DNA of 64,000 nt. Origin: Lama glama. Lineage: Eukaryota. This document shows positions 26,400 to 39,600 of this stretch, piece after piece. The notes beneath the pieces are model-generated. The model ran no database searches. It had not been told where the DNA came from and was given only the letters and a program-made list of their open reading frames with translations. The stretch covers positions 12,030,001 through 12,094,000 of the forward strand of contig CM052816.1 of the NCBI GenBank assembly GCA_028534125.1. Reading direction: 5' to 3'. The translations under genes and the position numbers were made by a program. Position 1 is the stretch's first letter. Each line of letters opens with the position of its first letter.

Positions 26400-27595
26400 A
26401 AATGGGTCTGGTTCTAAAATATATTGCATTATCAATATACTTCTCTTTATATGCACTGCTACCACAATAAACGACCATTGTCCCTTACCTAGAACAATGA
26501 GATAACCTCTAACATTTCTCCCTGCTTCATGTCTTGCACCTACAACCAATTTTTCATAGAGCAGCCAATGTAATACTGTAATATCCTAAAAATATAACTC
26601 ATGTCAGTATTTTCTTCTGCTTAAAATACTCCAGTGGTTCCCCCATTATCATCTGAGTAAAATTCAGTGTTGTTATGTGGACTACGTGGCTCTCAATGAT
26701 GTGGCCTCTGCCTACATCTCTGACGTCTTCTATAACATCATCCTCTTGCTTATCATGCTTCAACCACTCTGACCTTCTTATCAGTTGGCAATCCTAGAAT
26801 TACTCCCACCTCATAGCCTTTTACTAGAAATTTTCTCCAGTTATTTCTTCACATGGCCACCTTGTCCTCATCATTCATATCTCACCTCTAAGACCTCTTA
26901 GCCTAAATACTCAACCTAAAGTAGTACCCTTCACTCCAATCATTCAATTCTGTGTGATAAATCGAATTATTTGCCCCAGTTATTCATCTTCCCTGCACCC
27001 TTTTCTTTCCATAGCTTCATCTTTGGGCAAAATATCTGTCTATTCTCCTTACTTTTGACTTGTCCATATGATTTTTTTCATATATCTTTCCCCAAAAGTA
27101 TACGAGCGTAAGTGATAGCTTACCAGCTTCAAACCCATAACCTTAAAAGATCTCCCTTATTTTTGCTCACTTCCTTACACATTGCATTGCAGGGGACATA
27201 CTTCAGACAGCCCTCTGAGTTAAAGAAGATGAGAGACTTGTGGAGCAGATCTACTCCAGCTGCCCCAGAGACAGGCAGAGATGTGCCAGCCCTACGGTCT
27301 GAAGCCAAGCCACCTATCTGAGCCTAGTCTGAAATAGCGGAACCCCAGAACACCCTCAGATGAAAATTATTTCTCTGCATTATATATTTTCTCATAGCAG
27401 TTATCATAAAATTATTTTCCTTTATTTCTTACTTATTTATGTGTCTTTACCATCACTAGAATGTAAATTTAATAGAAGTAGGAATCTTATCTGTCTTGGT
27501 TCCCCTGAACCTATAATAAATAAATAGGGCCTGGCACACAAGTCACATACTAGAAGTTCAATAAATCTTTGCAGAAAGAAGCAATGAATTGTTCA
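26400..27595 (+). mobile_element. L2, interrupted by an MLT1-like LTR (~26951-27360)
   Basis: ttctgcttaaaatactccagtggttcccc...; ctagaatgtaa...cctggcacac...tcaataaat after the LTR. Confidence 0.65.
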
Positions 27596-27964
27596 GTTTT
27601 ACCAAAGGGCCTAATTAGCAATGTAGAATTGAGGGAAAACTGGAAAAAAATTCACATAGCCAATATAAACAGACTAATAGGAGCATAATACTCTGAGGAG
27701 AGGTTAAAAATCTATTGATCCCAATTTTCCTATCAACAGTTAGGCTTAGAATATCAAAGATACGAGTTTACGCAGAGGTAAAAGTTACAATGTTAGCAGA
27801 ACTCAGAGTTGACTTTCAAGTGTTTATAAGATAATATCTTGTGATAAAACCCGTCAAAGCTAAACTTGATAAAACTGAATTCTCAAGGAATAATCCTTTA
27901 AATCTAGGGTTTAAGGGGGAGCACTATCACCACATTTCCCAAATGATGTATTTACTGAGTGTTT

Positions 27965-28450
27965 TGTATAAGAACATATAGCAGTTCCCAAATCAAACTG
28001 GTTTAAACAGCAGAGAAAATGGAATTGTTCACATTTAAAAAAAAAAACAACCTAAAATAAGAGTAAATTTTAGTAAGAGTAGGATTTAGCAATGCAAGAA
28101 TAACACTGAGGACCTGTTTCTTTTTTTCCACTCTATGCCCTCCCTTCTATAGCCAGTGTCATCCCCAAGGCTGACTTCCTCCCTTGTCACCAGGTAACTG
28201 CCAAAAAAATCCCAAGATTACCTGATTCATGCTTCTTGGTTCACGTCAAACTTTTTATTCTTTTCTCCAATCTCTAAACATAAGTCCTGGCTTCTGCGTT
28301 GACTTAACCATGTTAGTCATGTGGCCACTCCCAAACCAATCACCATGGCCAAGGGAATGCCATCATGTACTAGTTGGCTTATTTTTGGTGGTGGTGTATC
28401 ATTCCTGGAGACAGAGGTAAATTAATCTCACTCAAACACATAGGCTTTAG
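27965..28450 (-). mobile_element. Old MLT1-type LTR
   Basis: gtcatgtggccactcccaaaccaatcaccatggccaagggaatg, antisense MLT1J/K-like motif. Confidence 0.6.
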
Positions 28451-28696
28451 GCAGTGTGTGTGGTCAGGGGACAGTCACAGGGCGCTCCCAAGGCACCGAA
28501 CATCTTCCTTCCTTCTCCCTGTATCTCCTTTTCTGCAAGCCTGACCTGCTGCCCGACCCTACTCAGACCCTGGAACTCTACTCAGCCAGCTTCAGTTCCT
28601 CTCCTATCAGCTCCGGAAAGTACCATATCTACCTATAAATTTTATGTCTATATGATTTGAGACCTAAGCTACCTTTTTCCTTTAGATAGAAGCTAA

Positions 28697-29130
28697 AGTA
28701 AGCAGAATAATGGCTTCCTTAAAGATGTTCGTGTCCTAGTCTCCAGACCCTGTGAGCTGTTAAGCAGTATGGCAAAGGTGAATTGAGGCTGCAGGCAGAA
28801 TTTACATTGTTCATCAGTTGATGCTGAGATGGGAAGATTATCCTGGATCATCCAGGTGGGCTCAAAGTAATCACAAGAGTCCATGTAAGTGGAAGAGGGA
28901 GACAGAAGAGTTAGAGGTTTGAAGATGCCATGCTGCTTGCTTTAGAGGTACAAGAATGCAGTGGCCTCCAGAAGCTGGAAAAGGCAAAGAGATGGAATCT
29001 AGAAAGAATCTAAGCCTTGCTGACACCTTCATATTAGTTCATTGTCACTCATTTTGGACTTCTGGCCCCTGGAATTGTAAATAATAAATTTGTGGAAATT
29101 TGTGACAGAAACAATAGGAAACTAATACAG
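28697..29130 (+). mobile_element. MLT1D-like solo LTR
   Basis: cagaataatggc...aaagatgttcgtgtcctagt...gattatcctggatcatccaggtgggc...ggaaactaataca. Confidence 0.85.
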
Positions 29131-29520
29131 AAACAAACATATTTTAATACATTTTTCCCTTTGTCCTTTTTAGAAAGCATGCTTCCTGAAAGGAAGAATG
29201 ACTACAACTAAAATGAAAAGGCATCCATCTAAAATGAAGACTCAGCATTGGACTTTGCTTCTGAGCCTATCCCAGATCCTTGCCAGTAAGTTACCACAAG
29301 CGTGTTGGCCAGCCAGAAACTGGCTTTCTGAACCCACTCTTCTGCTTCGTCTGTACTTCGCTGCCAGTTATGGGCCTTCTCTGCCCAGCATGAGCTCTTG
29401 TCCGACACTTTGGCTCCAAATATGGTAGTGCCTCTTATGAGCTGGGTGTCCTTAACCTTTCTGGCCTCGGTTTCCTTATCTCACAAAGGTGACTAATGAT
29501 ACTGCTTCACTTACAGAGAG

Positions 29521-29930
29521 CATGCCAGTTTGCCAGGGCTGCCATAACAGAGTGCCCACCCCACCACAGACCGGATGGTTTAAACAACTGGAATGTATTT
29601 TCTCACAGTTCTGGAAGCTCAGAAGCCAAGATCAAGATGTCAGCAGGTCTGGTTCCACATGAGACCCTTCTCTTTGGCTGCAGGATGGCGGTCTTCTCTG
29701 TGCCATTTCACAGTCTTTGCTCTGTGTGTGTACCTCCTCAGTGTCTCTCTGTGTGCCCACATTTCTTCTTCTCATAAGGACACAAGTCATATTGGATTAG
29801 GGCCCATGCTAAAGACCTCATTGTAAATTAATCACCTCTTTGGAGATCTTATCTCCAGATACAGCCACATTCTGATGTACCAGGGTGAGGACATCAACAT
29901 GTGAGTTTTGGGGAGTGCGCACAATTAGCT
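29521..29930 (-). mobile_element. MLT1A/B-like solo LTR
   Basis: agggctgccataaca...ctcacagttctggaagctcagaagccaagatcaagatgtcagcagg...ggattagggccca. Confidence 0.85.
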
Positions 29931-30614
29931 CGGAGGGGTTTTGAGAGTGAGGAGAGATCAGAGGCCCTGAGCAAAGGCACTGGCTCGCTGCAAATCTTAG
30001 CTTTTTCATTATCATCTTTACTTTACGACAAGACTCGTTTTTGTTAACCAACACAGATAGGTGTAATGATATAGGAAAGGGGGAAAATCACATATTAAAG
30101 CTAGAACTGAACCTCTTAGCAATGACAGCTGGAGAAGAAGACCAGAAGGGACCCAGGTCAGTGGTGAGGAGGCTGGGACATAGCACGCCTGTTTCTGCAA
30201 TACAATTTCACTATCTGAGAAACACTGTCTGGTTTTCTAGCTGGCTCATACAAAAGACATATGTGTTCTTCAAGCCCAACTCATTTATTGCACACAGAGA
30301 AATGCCCTTCAGAAGCAGGTGCAGCTAAATATAGCTCAGACTGCACTGAAGGTGCAGCTCCCAGCTTCACAATTCTCTCCCAGGTCTCAGAGACTCCCTA
30401 GACTTCAAGGTAGCCAAGCTAAAACTCGAAACTCAGCTTTTGATTAAGACTGATATCAAGAGATTCACTGATGTCTTAGAATTTGATTCCAGTTAACAGT
30501 TAAGAAATTTAAGTTTTAAAAACTATTAATATTGATAACAGTAAGAATACCACACAATCATAAGTAGCAGTCTGACAATATCTAGACTTGTGTGCAGTGA
30601 TTTATGTACATTAT

Positions 30615-31250
30615 TTTACTTATTCACTCAATACATATTTATTGGGGGCTTACTTTGTGCTAGCCTCTGTTGGTTTCTAGAGATACTGTGCTAAATAAGA
30701 TACAAAATTCATCCCACCAGGGAGTTTACATATTAGTGGCAAACAAAAGACATTAAATTTATACGTATGTAATATGTCAATTGATGGGAAGCATCGTGGA
30801 GAAAAGCAAGGCCAAGAAAGTGAGCAGAGGAATGCTGCAATTCTACAGAGGCTGTGGGATGCATGCTCACAGAGAAGGTAACTTTGAGCAAAATCTTGCT
30901 CAAGGGAGGGGACAAGAGGGTGTGAGACATGAGGAAGACAACATTCCAGGAGGAAGAGAGAGCATTTCAAAGGATCTGAGGTGGGAGTGAGCCTACTGTG
31001 CTCAGTCATTAGTACACATCTGGTATCTGAAAGGCAGTGAAAGTTGGGGGAGTTTACAGAAGATAACATCAGAGGCAATGGCAATGCACTGATTAGGGAG
31101 GGTATTATAAGGACTTACAAGGACTTTTTATGTTATTTTCTGGAGATGGAGAGCCAAAGGAGGATTCTAAACTGGGGAATGACGTGATTTGACTTACATT
31201 ATAAAAATACCACCCTGGTGCTCTATTGAGACTCTAGAGGGGCAGACGAG
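30615..31250 (-). mobile_element. L2 (antisense)
   Basis: attcactcaatacatatttattgggggcttactttgtgctag...cattccaggaggaagagagagca. Confidence 0.75.
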
Positions 31251-31399
31251 GTGTTCAAACCTGCCCTGCCTATCTCCAAAGCTGGGACCTTGACATGCTT
31301 TCATTTTTACAACGTATGTTACTTTTACAATGTTCTCTGTGCTGCAGAGACGATGAGAAAGAATAATAGGCATCCTGTGTTCACATGCTTTCAATGTCA

Positions 31400-31908
31400 A
31401 CCTCCTCAGTCAGGTCCGCTTTTTAATCATCCTGCCCAAAAGTTGTTGAACACATGAGTTCGGACTTATCTTCTACTCTCATCTTGGAACTGAGCCATCT
31501 CTTCATTCATATTTAAAATAACTGCAACAGATGTTTGAGAAGGACTAAGGAGGACAGCCAGCACCCACCACCAAAGTCTGATGACTGCTCTTGAAAGCTA
31601 CATCATCTTGCACTATTGGACATGTATAGTTTTTACCTACATACTTGCCAGTAACAAGAATTGAATTATAAACCTGTCTTGTGGACTTCAATTTCACTCG
31701 CCACTTCCTACCCATCAGTGTGGCTAGTTCCTCCTCCTCTTCCCAAATTCTAATCATCGTAGTGACACAGGGCTTATGTCTCTATATACCCTTCCTGGGT
31801 ATCGTCTTTCACCTCAACTACTGCAATAATCCTCCTAACTGCCTTTTCTTTTCCATTCTTCCTGAATTAACAGTCCTTTTCCATTCAGCAACTAGAGTGA
31901 TGTGTTAA
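31400..31908 (+). mobile_element. L2 fragments
   Basis: cacctcaactactgcaataatcctcctaactg...cagcaactagagtgat. Confidence 0.5.
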
Positions 31909-31914
31909 AAACAA

Positions 31915-32534
31915 ACAGGAAAGGCAACAATCAAAAAAAGACATGGGTGGGTCAAGATGTGAAGCAACTGGACCTACATATTATGAATCAGAATGCCAAA
32001 TGGTACAGATACTTTGGGAACCACTTTGACAGTTTCTCCTATATTTATACACATACTCACTGTAGGACCTAGTAGTCCTACTTCTAGGTATTTCAAGTGA
32101 ATTGAAAATGTGTGTTTACACAAAAAATGTGCATTTGGGTGTTTACATCAGATTACTTTTTAAATGGGGAAAAAGCATGGCGGCAGGGGGGGAAACTGAG
32201 GAACAGGTAAATTATGGTATGTCCACTCAATTGCATACTATTCAGTAATAAAAAGAAGCCACTGATACACTCAACAACGTGGATTAATCTCAAATGCATT
32301 CTGCTAAGAGAAAGAAATCAGACTGAAAAGCTGTTTACTGTATGATCCCATTTATACAATGTTCTGGAAAGGCAAAACCATAGTGACAGTAGAAAGATTT
32401 AGTGAGGGTAGAGATGACTACAGAGGGGCACTGGCAATTCTTCTGACTAACAGAACTGTTGCGTATCTTGATGGTGGTGATAACTGCACAATTATAAGTG
32501 CATATCAAAACTAGCAGGAATGCACACTTTTCAA
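31915..32534 (+). mobile_element. Old L1M (MC/MD-like) 3' region
   Basis: ggattaatctcaaatgcatt...tactgtatgatcccatttat...ggcaaaaccatagtgacag...tatcttgatggtggtg. Confidence 0.8.
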
Positions 32535-33034
32535 NNNNNNNNNNNNNNNNNNNNNNNNNNNNNNNNNNNNNNNNNNNNNNNNNNNNNNNNNNNNNNNNNN
32601 NNNNNNNNNNNNNNNNNNNNNNNNNNNNNNNNNNNNNNNNNNNNNNNNNNNNNNNNNNNNNNNNNNNNNNNNNNNNNNNNNNNNNNNNNNNNNNNNNNNN
32701 NNNNNNNNNNNNNNNNNNNNNNNNNNNNNNNNNNNNNNNNNNNNNNNNNNNNNNNNNNNNNNNNNNNNNNNNNNNNNNNNNNNNNNNNNNNNNNNNNNNN
32801 NNNNNNNNNNNNNNNNNNNNNNNNNNNNNNNNNNNNNNNNNNNNNNNNNNNNNNNNNNNNNNNNNNNNNNNNNNNNNNNNNNNNNNNNNNNNNNNNNNNN
32901 NNNNNNNNNNNNNNNNNNNNNNNNNNNNNNNNNNNNNNNNNNNNNNNNNNNNNNNNNNNNNNNNNNNNNNNNNNNNNNNNNNNNNNNNNNNNNNNNNNNN
33001 NNNNNNNNNNNNNNNNNNNNNNNNNNNNNNNNNN
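32535..33034. other. Assembly gap (500 N)
   Basis: Run of N; the round size suggests a placeholder length. Confidence 0.99.
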
Positions 33035-33630
33035 CCAATCCAAAAATGGGCAGAAGACCTAAACAAGGAATTCTCCAAGGAAGACATACAAATGATTAAT
33101 AGGCACATGAAAAAATGCTCAATATCACTAATTATCAGAGAAATGCAGATCAAAACTACAATGAAGTATCACCTCACACCAGTCAGAATGGCCATCATTC
33201 AAAAATCCACAAATCACAAATGCTGGAGAGGCTGTGGGGAAAAAGGAACCCTTCTTCACTGCTGGTGGAAATGCAGTTTGGTGCAGCCACTGTGGAAAAC
33301 AGTATGGAGATTCCTCAAAAGACTAGGAATAGACTTACTATACGACCCAGAAATCCCGCTCCTGGGCATACATCCAGAAGGAACCCTACTTCAGGATGAC
33401 ACCTGCACCCCAATGTTAATAGAAGCATTATTTACAATAGCCAAGACATGGAAACAGCCTAAATGTCCATCAACAGATGACTGGATAAAGACGAGGTGGT
33501 ATATTTATACAATGGAATACTACTCAGCCATAAAAACCGATAACATAATGCCATTTGCAGCAACATGGATGCTCCTGGAGAATGTCATTCTAAGTGAAGT
33601 AAGCCAGAAAGAGAAAGAAAAATACCATAT
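33035..33630 (+). mobile_element. Young L1 ORF2 C-terminal segment (uninterrupted frame), lacking 3'UTR and poly(A) on this side
   Basis: [10 protein letters not shown]...[20 protein letters not shown]...[16 protein letters not shown] (CCHC motif)...[13 protein letters not shown]...[14 protein letters not shown]; about 198 codons with no stop. Confidence 0.95.
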
Positions 33631-33905
33631 TATTCATAACTTTTTAAATGCAGATTTTCTGCTCAAATGTCCTCTCTAGTTCCTCAAAGTAAACAACATT
33701 CTCTATCTTCTTACTTTATTTTTCTTCATAGCGCTTGACACAGTTTAATGTTTCACTAATTAATTTCTTTACCTGACTAGAATCTAAGTCCCTTAAGGGA
33801 AGGGACTTGGTCTGATTTGATCACTGCTCTTTCCCTAGTACTTAGAGTGGGGCCTGAGAAAAGAGGTATAATGAATACATATTACTGAATATGTGTTGAC
33901 TAAAT
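33631..33905 (+). mobile_element. L2 3' fragment
   Basis: ctgctcaaatgtcctct...ctagaatctaagtcccttaagggaagggac...ttccctagtacttag. Confidence 0.65.
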
Positions 33906-35544
33906 TGATGGCTGGAGACCCTATGTTTGCCCCAGAATATCTGCCTCAATACATGTAAAATAACTGCTGAACTGATACACATCATCTTGTCTGGTTCTCT
34001 CAGTGCTGCCACAGAATCAAACCAGACACAAAACCCTTCTGTACCTATTGCACATGAGCTGACTGGTTAGTTAGGAATATAGGGAGGATTACGTGGAAAG
34101 TTTGGTGGCCAAGATCTCAGTAGTTTAATGCTGGTTCTGTGTCCATCTTCCTCTTTGAATTTCAGGAAAACAAGAAAAAAAAATGGAACTAAGTTATCTC
34201 ACAAGACTGTATAGATACATAATAAATTACTTTTTTTTTGTGCAAAAATGAGGCACTTTTTCAGTTTTTTCCCCTTCAGTCTTTGATTTCTCTGATTCTA
34301 TACTTAGGTTTCTCAGATTCAGTGATCATGGTATAATCATGCTGTGGTTAATAATGATTGTCATGTGCACATAAGCTTGTAGTTGAAGAGTTTAAGCATT
34401 GCTGAGACGTGTAAGAAAGTTATTTAGCTATATAATATACTTACAACTAACATACAGAGTAATTCTTACTTAATATTGCATTTATGACCTTGGTTATGAT
34501 CCAGAGCTTTTTTAAATTTTTATTTTTTTAGTTCCAGATTTCACAAATTCTAGATGAGTGCAGAAAGCAAACCTAGAAAATACACATAATTTAGTTAAAA
34601 TTAGTATAGAAAAAAGAATAGAATACTCTGTAATTGGTGATACATACTGTTGGTGTGTAAATGATGCTACCGATATAAATTAGGATCGTAAATACAAATT
34701 TAAATTGGATTAAACTCTTCCTTTTCACTCCAGACAATTAAATTACTTAGAAACTGCTTTATTCACCAAGGGAGCAAAAAAAAAAAAAAAACCTTCAGCA
34801 GATACTAATTATCAAAATCTATGAATTAACAGTGCAGCCCCAATAATTAGATGTGACTAGAGATGAAGTCAGTAATTGGACACTGATAACACTGCCCCTT
34901 TCTTCCAATCTGGGAGGAGGTAAAAGGTCTGGGGTTGTAATTGGTTGAGCTCAGTTAACCCCTGGGAGAATCCCTAGGACACTGGAGAATAAAAATAATT
35001 CCATGAGTAGTTGCAGAAGAGTGTTATTTCCAAATTCAATGCTTAGCTAACGTCCAATTAACTGGCAGGATTTTAGATCTCCAGGCATCCCCTCCGGATC
35101 AAGGAGAGAAAGAAGAAGAAAAACTGACTTCATTTCTTTCTAATATTTATTCATTGCTCTAGCCAGGAAGACATTCACTTCTAAATAGGGTTATAGTGTG
35201 CCTGATTAGTCTCTACATGATGCCAAACATCTGAACAAAACCTGGAAACTGCATCCAAAATGCCCCTTATTTTCTATGACGAATTGCAAATGTATGTACC
35301 ATTTCTTGATAACTGAGGGCTACTTGAGCTTCTGGATGTTATCCAATTTGTCCTTCCACTGGGAGGCGCTGAGTCTAAACTTACCTCATCATTGTTCTTA
35401 CCTGCACGTCTACCAGCTTGGTTAGTGGCACCAAAAACACTTACAGCCTTCAGTCCAGATCTGACTCTGTCCTAACTCAGATCAACTTTATTTCCTCTAT
35501 TGTGCCTGCTTTGAAACCCCGTGAGGAAGATTATTTTTATTAAT

Positions 35545-35750
35545 TAATTGACCTCTGTAATACGCCAGGTGCTATGGTAATTACATTATAGGCAATATCT
35601 CATTTAATCTTCATAATGCAGAGTGGAAATTATTTAAAAATAGGAAAACTGAGCATGAGAGCTGTAATAATTTGAGGATAATATAGCCAAACAGAAGTTG
35701 AGAAAGGACTCAAATGCACCTCCTCCCAAAGTGTATAGCTTCCCTTTGTA
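35545..35750 (-). mobile_element. MIR
   Basis: atctcatttaatcttcataa...ggaaaactgagcatgagag. Confidence 0.6.
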
Positions 35751-36329
35751 TCGTGCTTTAATATGCCAAATTTCAAGTCAATCAACAAACTAATTGAATC
35801 AGTGCTTAAGGGGCCCCAGGTTCTAGTTTAAGTAAAAATATTCAAGAACTGGCTCTTTGGCTTCATTCAATTTTGCCTAATTTCATTTTATTCACATGAT
35901 CATTCAACGTTAATAAAAACCATTCAAGAAGCTTTCAAGCCATGGAGGCTGTAACACTGGTTGTTAACAGAGTTGCAAAAATGAAAGGCAGTTATTTTAA
36001 CTGCATTTATTGGGTTGTTCGAATCTTTACCTTTCTTTGTCAGGCATATGGTTAGATTAGAACATTAGGTGTTAAATTTCATTCACTTCTTATTAGCCTC
36101 AAAGGTCAACCGTATAGTTTTATCCCAATTAAGAGTTTCGGGGAGTTGGTTGACATTCTACCTGTGAGAAAATTCTAACTCAGATAAAAGCCAAAATTTC
36201 CTCCAAGAACTAAGGGAAAAAAAATCATACCAAGGGGATTTAATGAGAAGTAAATGCATTCATCTTTTCTGTACTGGATTTTGTCCTTTTACTTTTCAAA
36301 TGTTATAAAATCTTACAGCTGGAAAAGAA

Positions 36330-36500
36330 ATGTGACATAGTCTAATGTAAACACCTCATTTTACAGAGAGGAAGACAGGCTCAGAGTTCCTGGAGACGCC
36401 GTGGAACCACTGTCGTCCTCACTGCACACGGCGCACATGGCTAGCAAGTGCAAGACTCAGAAACAGGCACATATGGCACTACTGCTCATTCCAGTGTGCT
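36330..36500 (-). mobile_element. MIR fragment
   Basis: cctcattttacagagaggaagacaggctcagag. Confidence 0.55.
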
Positions 36501-36689
36501 GGAACTGTCCTATTTGATAAAATTTTAAGTCAAAAATTAAAATGAGTTATTTTAATAATAAGGGTTCAATCAAGAAAACAAATAATTATAAATGAAAAGT
36601 TTCCTTTCTCACTTCCTATTTCATGATCTCTTTACCCAGAGCCAGCATTTCAGCCGATCATGATTGTTTTATATGGGGGTGATCTGAAC

Positions 36690-39600
36690 CTTTACTCCTC
36701 AGGGGTCTTCGCCCCTAGAGATCACATCTCTGGTAGGCTGCTGTGATCCTCTGTTAGCATTTACTGCTCTACGTGGAAGCAGACCTGGATAATCCTTCTG
36801 ATTCTAAGTATATCCAGACATACCCCCTTGTGTGGCAAGAATCTATTTTACTTTGTTAACTGGGATTCTTCACTGAAGCCTATTCTCTACCTATTAACTC
36901 ATTGGCATAGGGAACCCAAAATATCCAGGTGGCATTCTCCACTCGTGGTTCACTGGAACCAGTTTGTATTCCCTGGGAAAAGAGACTTTGTTTGGTTGTT
37001 TCTTTTTTTTTACCCTTAAAAAGCAAGACCTTACAGTGCCCAAAGGTATAGAAACATGCAGGAACAAGATGCAAAATGTTGTGAATGGACCATTAGGTAA
37101 AACAGTGAGTGTAGCTACTCTATTTCCACTCCAAATTAGATAGAAAAGGCAGCAGACACTGGTCACTGTGTCATCACAGCTTTCCAAACCTCCTAAGTGT
37201 TGTCATCCAGGTAACACTGTAACTGAGCCTTTCCACACTTCCTTCAGGTCTGTTGCTTCTGGATGATGGAGTCTTATAGTAAATCACAAAGGACTGAGCT
37301 CTTTGCCTGATTCCTGTTTGCTCTAAAGTGAGTTCCTTTGTCAGAAGCAATGATGTGTATGAGATTATGATGGTGAACAAAAGCATTCATAAATCCATAG
37401 ATGGAGTGCTGGGAGAAGCACTGTAGCAGTGAGGGGAAATTCATATCCTACGTGCCATTTTCAGTTTGGACAAATCATGATGAAAAGGGTCTCATATGAG
37501 CAACCTGCTATTGGGTAAATGGTGATATATCGGTATTGGTCTCTGTTATTCTCAGCTTTTGTGGTAGCCAGATCAGTCCTGGTGAGGGAAATCCCAGACC
37601 ATGTCTCTGTTTCTGTAGTCCTGGCTGCCTTATTCATAAACTCTGTGCTTAAGCATCAAGGGGCTGGGGAAACAGCGTGTACAGCATCCACAGAATGGGT
37701 CACCTTGAACATCTGATTATTGAAATTCCCCCCTGAAGGGAATGACCTTTGATGAGCATTCAGGTGCGACGTAAATATTGTCACCCTCTATGCTCATCCC
37801 ATGAGGTCTATCCATGAACTGCTCTGCAATCTCACTTCTCTCAAGTCCATGACACTCTCGTCAAACTGCTATCCACTGCCCACATATCATTATAAGCTGC
37901 ATTTCTGGCCATCGCTCTTCTCAGAGAAAGTGCTCAGCAAGACATACTGCTCCAGGTTCTGCCTGCTGGGAGGCTTCCTTCCACACTGTAATTTAAGGCC
38001 ACCCCTAAGTTTTAATGCTGTAGCTGTAGCTGTCTGTTCCTAGCCAATGTCAGCACATCATGTAATATAGTTAGTAATGAGGTTCCAATTCTTTCTTCAT
38101 CCAACACAGTCAAGAAAACTCTCTGAGGCCATGAACATGGACTGGTGGAGAGGCAGCAGGGCAGCAGGAGGAAATGCCATGAAAGTCAGAGGCAACAGCT
38201 CATGTCACTTGCTTGCACCTCAAGGACATGTCTGAGCCTCTCCTCGCACATGTTTCTGTTCATGAACAGGGCTTCTCGACAAGGCTGAATTTACGACCTG
38301 TAAACACCCAGTTAATGAATGGAAGCTCAGGTTGCAGAACTGACTGCAAGCATTATCTGATAATCAAGGATTCATTTCTACCAATGTCAATGACCAGCAA
38401 AAACTATGTATCCACAGAACACTACTACTGTGCTGAGATTCTCCTATCAGAGTTTACCAGAAGCTCAGCAGGGCATCCTGAGAAGTAATAAGCACCTGAG
38501 TATCGTCAGTCAGGTCGCTGGCCAAAATAGAAAACCAGCTTGAGATCCAGCCTGGTATGACTTTTTGCTTTCTCTGAACGTCACTGAAAACAGCCAGCTG
38601 TAAAGATCATTTTGTAAATGGGCTGAAGAAACACTTTCAAATATGGTGTCTATTAATCTAGAATCTAAAGATGCCCCCCAAGTGCTGTAACTCTTCTCTG
38701 CCAAAGGAAGTAAGAGACGCCGTGGTTTGGCTTTCAGGTTGGAGGGAGCACACAGCTATGCCCGAGATCCAGCAGACCCCTGGAGGTCTCAGTGAGGTCA
38801 CAGGCCCCTGGGTATCTTTAGGTTTCTCTCTCACTCTCTAGCACACATGAATCTCCCCGCATTATCTCTGCTGAATTGATCTGATTGGCATTACAGCATC
38901 CATTTATAGCTCAATATGATACCTTGTGACATGGCAAGGTGGTTAAGACCCCTGCATGCCAGAGCTTGACAGAGAATGAGAAAACTGTGCAGCCTGAAGT
39001 AAGACAGTGAAGTAAACCGCTTTCTCTATAAGGCGGAAGAAAACAGTCTCTGGTGGACTTTGCTAATTGGTATCAAGTTAAAAAAAAAACCAAAAAGCAT
39101 TTGCCACATCGATCGCTGATAACCAGATGCAGGGCCTCTGCTGATCTGCGCTAATAAAAGACAATACTTGGAACAGCAACTACATTTGGAGGCACTACCT
39201 CATTAACTACATGAGAATCCCATCTGTCTCTCTCAGACATGTCTTCTGCACAGGCCCACGATGTACGTTCCGTGCTGCAGGCACTGACGCTCCGTATTTC
39301 ACATCTCTGACACTGCCAGTAATCTCTGCAGTTTCTCCAGGAACACAGTATTGTTTTTGGCTTACTGTTCTGTGATTACATGTGTGTGTGTGTGTTTTGG
39401 AAAGTGGTGAGGAAAGGGAATAAAGTCATTCAACTGGCCCTTCCTCCCATAATAGAATCTTTTCCCACAGGTCAGGAAGTGACAGTAGGGATTCATCCAG
39501 CAAATAAGTATGCCTGTCTCTACTACACATTCTTAAACTGAGAAATGACCACTGTGTGGTTCCTCAACCCACCTGGTCTTTTGTGAGAAGGATTTAAGAA

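Noticed and set aside
32335..33679. Long ORFs of 170-393 aa in the ORF track
   Set aside because: Artefacts of translating through the 500-N gap; only 33035-33630 is real coding-like sequence (L1 ORF2).
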